This document shows positions 61,541-64,000 of a DNA stretch of 64,000 nt, one piece after another (the stretch's first letter is position 1; each line of letters opens with the position of its first letter). The position numbers and the translations under genes are program-made. Below the pieces are notes generated by a model. The model saw nothing but the letters and a program-made list of their open reading frames with translations. It was not told where the DNA came from and made no database searches. The DNA comes from Macrostomum lignano (Eukaryota): positions 310,001 through 374,000 of the forward strand of contig NIVC01001340.1 in NCBI GenBank assembly GCA_002269645.1. Reading direction: 5' to 3'.

Positions 61541-63499
61541 TATAAATTCTTCGACCTCTACTTCTCTCGTTTAGAAGAGCTGACCGACTACTCCTCTGAA
61601 GCTTTTATAGTTCGTTTATTGGTGTCCTTAAAACACATTTTTTGCTTTCGAGAGAATGAACACTCGTCCATTAAATAAAAAAAAATTAAAATAGAATTTA
61701 ACAAATTGAACTAAAAATTCACGGCTCTTAATTGTGCTGACGGGTCTCACGTGATGTCCATTTGTTTTAGTAAATGGCTTTAAACGAGAGTTTAGATAAC
61801 TTCTTACTGATCGTCACGTCCTATAGTCGATAAGTTATGCTAAAAGTTATATGTCTGTTTCAGCTTTAGAGGCTCTTGAAATCGAGTATTCGCATAAGAT
61901 GAAAGTCAAAAAATAATTCTTAAATTTATTATTAATATTGTTATCGTCAGTAACATCAACTTAATCAACAGTTCGTTACGGAAAACGGGCCTAAATAACT
62001 TTATCACGTAAGAAACTTAAGCAGAGATAAATCATTACACTATCTTACCAATTTAATGACAAACGAAACGGTTTCTTTTTTTATTTTACACGACTTGAGC
62101 GGCATCCCTCGCACAAATCTCTCCGGCCGAGTTGGAGTTCGTCATCGATTAATAGCGATAAGAGTCCGGACGTGAAGTAAGACGGTCGGAAAGACGTCAG
62201 ATGTCCGCTCGCAACTCGTCGGAGACGCCAACGGCCCCTGTTACTTGTTACGACACGAGCCAGAACGACAAACTAACTTACGAAACTTACGACAAACTCA
62301 TCACTCGACCTAATCTCAAAGTTAGATCGGTCTGAGCGCCAAAATAACAGAGACTCCGTGTCGCGCGCCAACCCACTAAGTTCTCTGGTCACAACCCAAA
62401 CAACCGCTTGAGTTTCGTCAAAAGAGAATCGTGAGCGTCGCGCTATTAGGACGTCGACGAGAAGAAATCTACGTCACAGATGTCCTGTTTAAATTCTTCG
62501 ACCCCAAAGATATTTTGCGCAATGGGTAGTTTTAATCTCTACTACTTTACGTAGACGTCTGAGAATTCAATTATTTATAAGCGTGCTCCCGACGTGCGTG
62601 GGACCGCGTTGCGGAAGACGCTGTAGCACGGAGTCGGTCGCGACTGCCGCTAAGACGGGTAAGGCAACTGAGGACTCGTGTACGTTTGTAGAGTTATGAC
62701 ACTCGTCCGTGAGTGAGTATGTGTCCGAGTGTGTCCCACGGGACTTGAAAGATTAGCTGTCCGTACATGTGGGATACGTAAACCCCAACCCAGGTCATAC
62801 CACGTGAACATCCACGAGTCCTAGACCCGCACCGGTAGTTGTCGGTTAAAGTTATTAGCTTTAAAATTAGAACTCAGCTAGCTAAGAGAGTAATTCGGAC
62901 CAGGAGAGAGCGCGGAAGATGGAAGAAAAAATGAGAGAGGGGGTCAGAGTAGGTCTTCTCTTACTTTTATTCAAACCGAACACATTTTATAATAACGTCT
63001 CTCCGATGCGTTCTCTCGAATCACAGCGGCTTCGCCGTCGTTTTACGCTTTAGACTCCCGAGATATATAAAATATAGATAAGATAGATCCTGATATCTTA
63101 GGAAGTTAAGAGTTGTCGTCATATTGTTCCAAAGTAAAGGATAATAGAAGACGAATGTACTGTCTTTCTGAAAATTTGTGTTACCGGAGATTTTCGGGAT
63201 AACACTCACACTCCGTGTTACGTTTCGTTACCTACGAAACTTGGGGGAGGGGTTTCGTAAACGACGCTCAGAGAAGACACGGTGCGCAAGCGTCCGACGA
63301 CCGAGCCGGGAGTTTGAAGTCGAAGCAATAACAGGAAAAACCCGTAACTCCGGCCGACCAGACCTCGACCCGACGAACCTACCGACGCCAGCCCTGCTCA
63401 TCTCCACCGACGAAAAAGGCGAGGCCACACTCGACGCGAAGAGGTTAAGAAATTCGAACGTATAGACGAGGCTAAGGACAGTTAGTTGACGAGTGATCT

Positions 63500-63850
63500 G
63501 ACGAATGGTGAGAGACTTGACGAAGGCGAGAGACTTGACGAAGGTGAGAGACTTGACGAAGGTGAGAGATTTGACGAAGGTGAGAGACTTGACGAAGGTG
63601 AGAGACTTGACGAAGGTGAGAGACTTGACGAAGGCGAGAGACTTGACGAAGGCGAGAGACTTGACGAAGGTGAGAGACTTGACGAAGGTGAGAGATTTGA
63701 CGAAGGTGAGAGATTTGACGAAGGTGAGAGACTTGACGAAGGTGAGAGACTTGACGAAGGCGAGAGACTTGACGAAGGTGAGAGACTTGACGAAGGCGAG
63801 AGACTTGACGAAGGCGAGAGACTTGACGAAGGCGAGAGACTTGACGACAG
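63500..63850. repeat. 18-bp minisatellite (gagagacttgacgaaggt; decoded ctctctgaactgcttcca)
   Basis: About 19 copies within the mirror segment. Confidence 0.93.
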
Positions 63851-64000
63851 GTTTGTCCACTGTGACTAGGACTCGTGTGAATGTTCGCGCGGATACGACA
63901 ATAATGGTTTCAACTCGGATTTGTCTTTTAATAAACCGTATACTTTATTTTCGATGTATGAGAGATGTGTGATGAGAACATCTCTCCTCAAGTCATCCGT

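Larger units (their letters stand above)
56320..64000. other. Mirror-image segment (complemented without reversal, equivalently reversed without complementation); left boundary approximate (~56290-56330)
   Basis: Excess of gacgac/gtcgtc/cgacga words. The unreversed complement gives long ORFs with family motifs, GT-AG introns and matches to repeats at 345-410 and 51012-51086. Confidence 0.97.

Noticed and set aside
63228-63972. VKSLTF / DEGERL / DLTKVR repeat ORFs
   Set aside because: Translations of an 18-bp array in mirror polarity.
56320-64000. A biological mechanism generating parallel-complement DNA
   Set aside because: Incompatible with antiparallel templated synthesis; a processing artefact is far more parsimonious unless raw reads show otherwise.
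1-64000. tRNA, rRNA or other structured RNA genes
   Set aside because: None recognised by eye; the PBS motifs are only short tRNA complements. A tRNAscan/Infernal run was not possible.

Overview
Intron-containing animal genomic DNA with GC-rich exons and introns packed with minisatellites. The style and gene families suggest the flatworm Macrostomum lignano, but that is inference only. Positions 1 to ~56.3 kb read normally. They contain the 5' five coding exons of alpha-catenin (minus strand, with a 1-bp frameshift), a young Ty3/Gypsy element nested inside the integrase of an older one (8.4-17.4 kb), a dead mariner, TMEM214 (7 exons, +), ATG4 (6 coding exons, +), two tandem paralogues of a small Gly/Ala-rich membrane protein (-), intronless CFDP1/BCNT (-), two hAT-type MITEs with 8-bp TSDs, and about 20 tandem arrays. 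The most striking observation is that ~56.3-64 kb is mirror sequence. It makes no sense on either real strand, but complemented WITHOUT reversal it yields a degenerate tyrosine recombinase, nine ankyrin repeats, and a spliced cGAS-like/Mab-21 nucleotidyltransferase gene with a 456-codon open exon. It also contains copies of repeats found in normal polarity elsewhere in the window. The mirror state is almost certainly a data or assembly artefact. The ankyrin + cGLR locus hidden in it, which the supplied ORF track cannot see, is the most biologically interesting content. All translations and alignments were done by eye; no searches were run.
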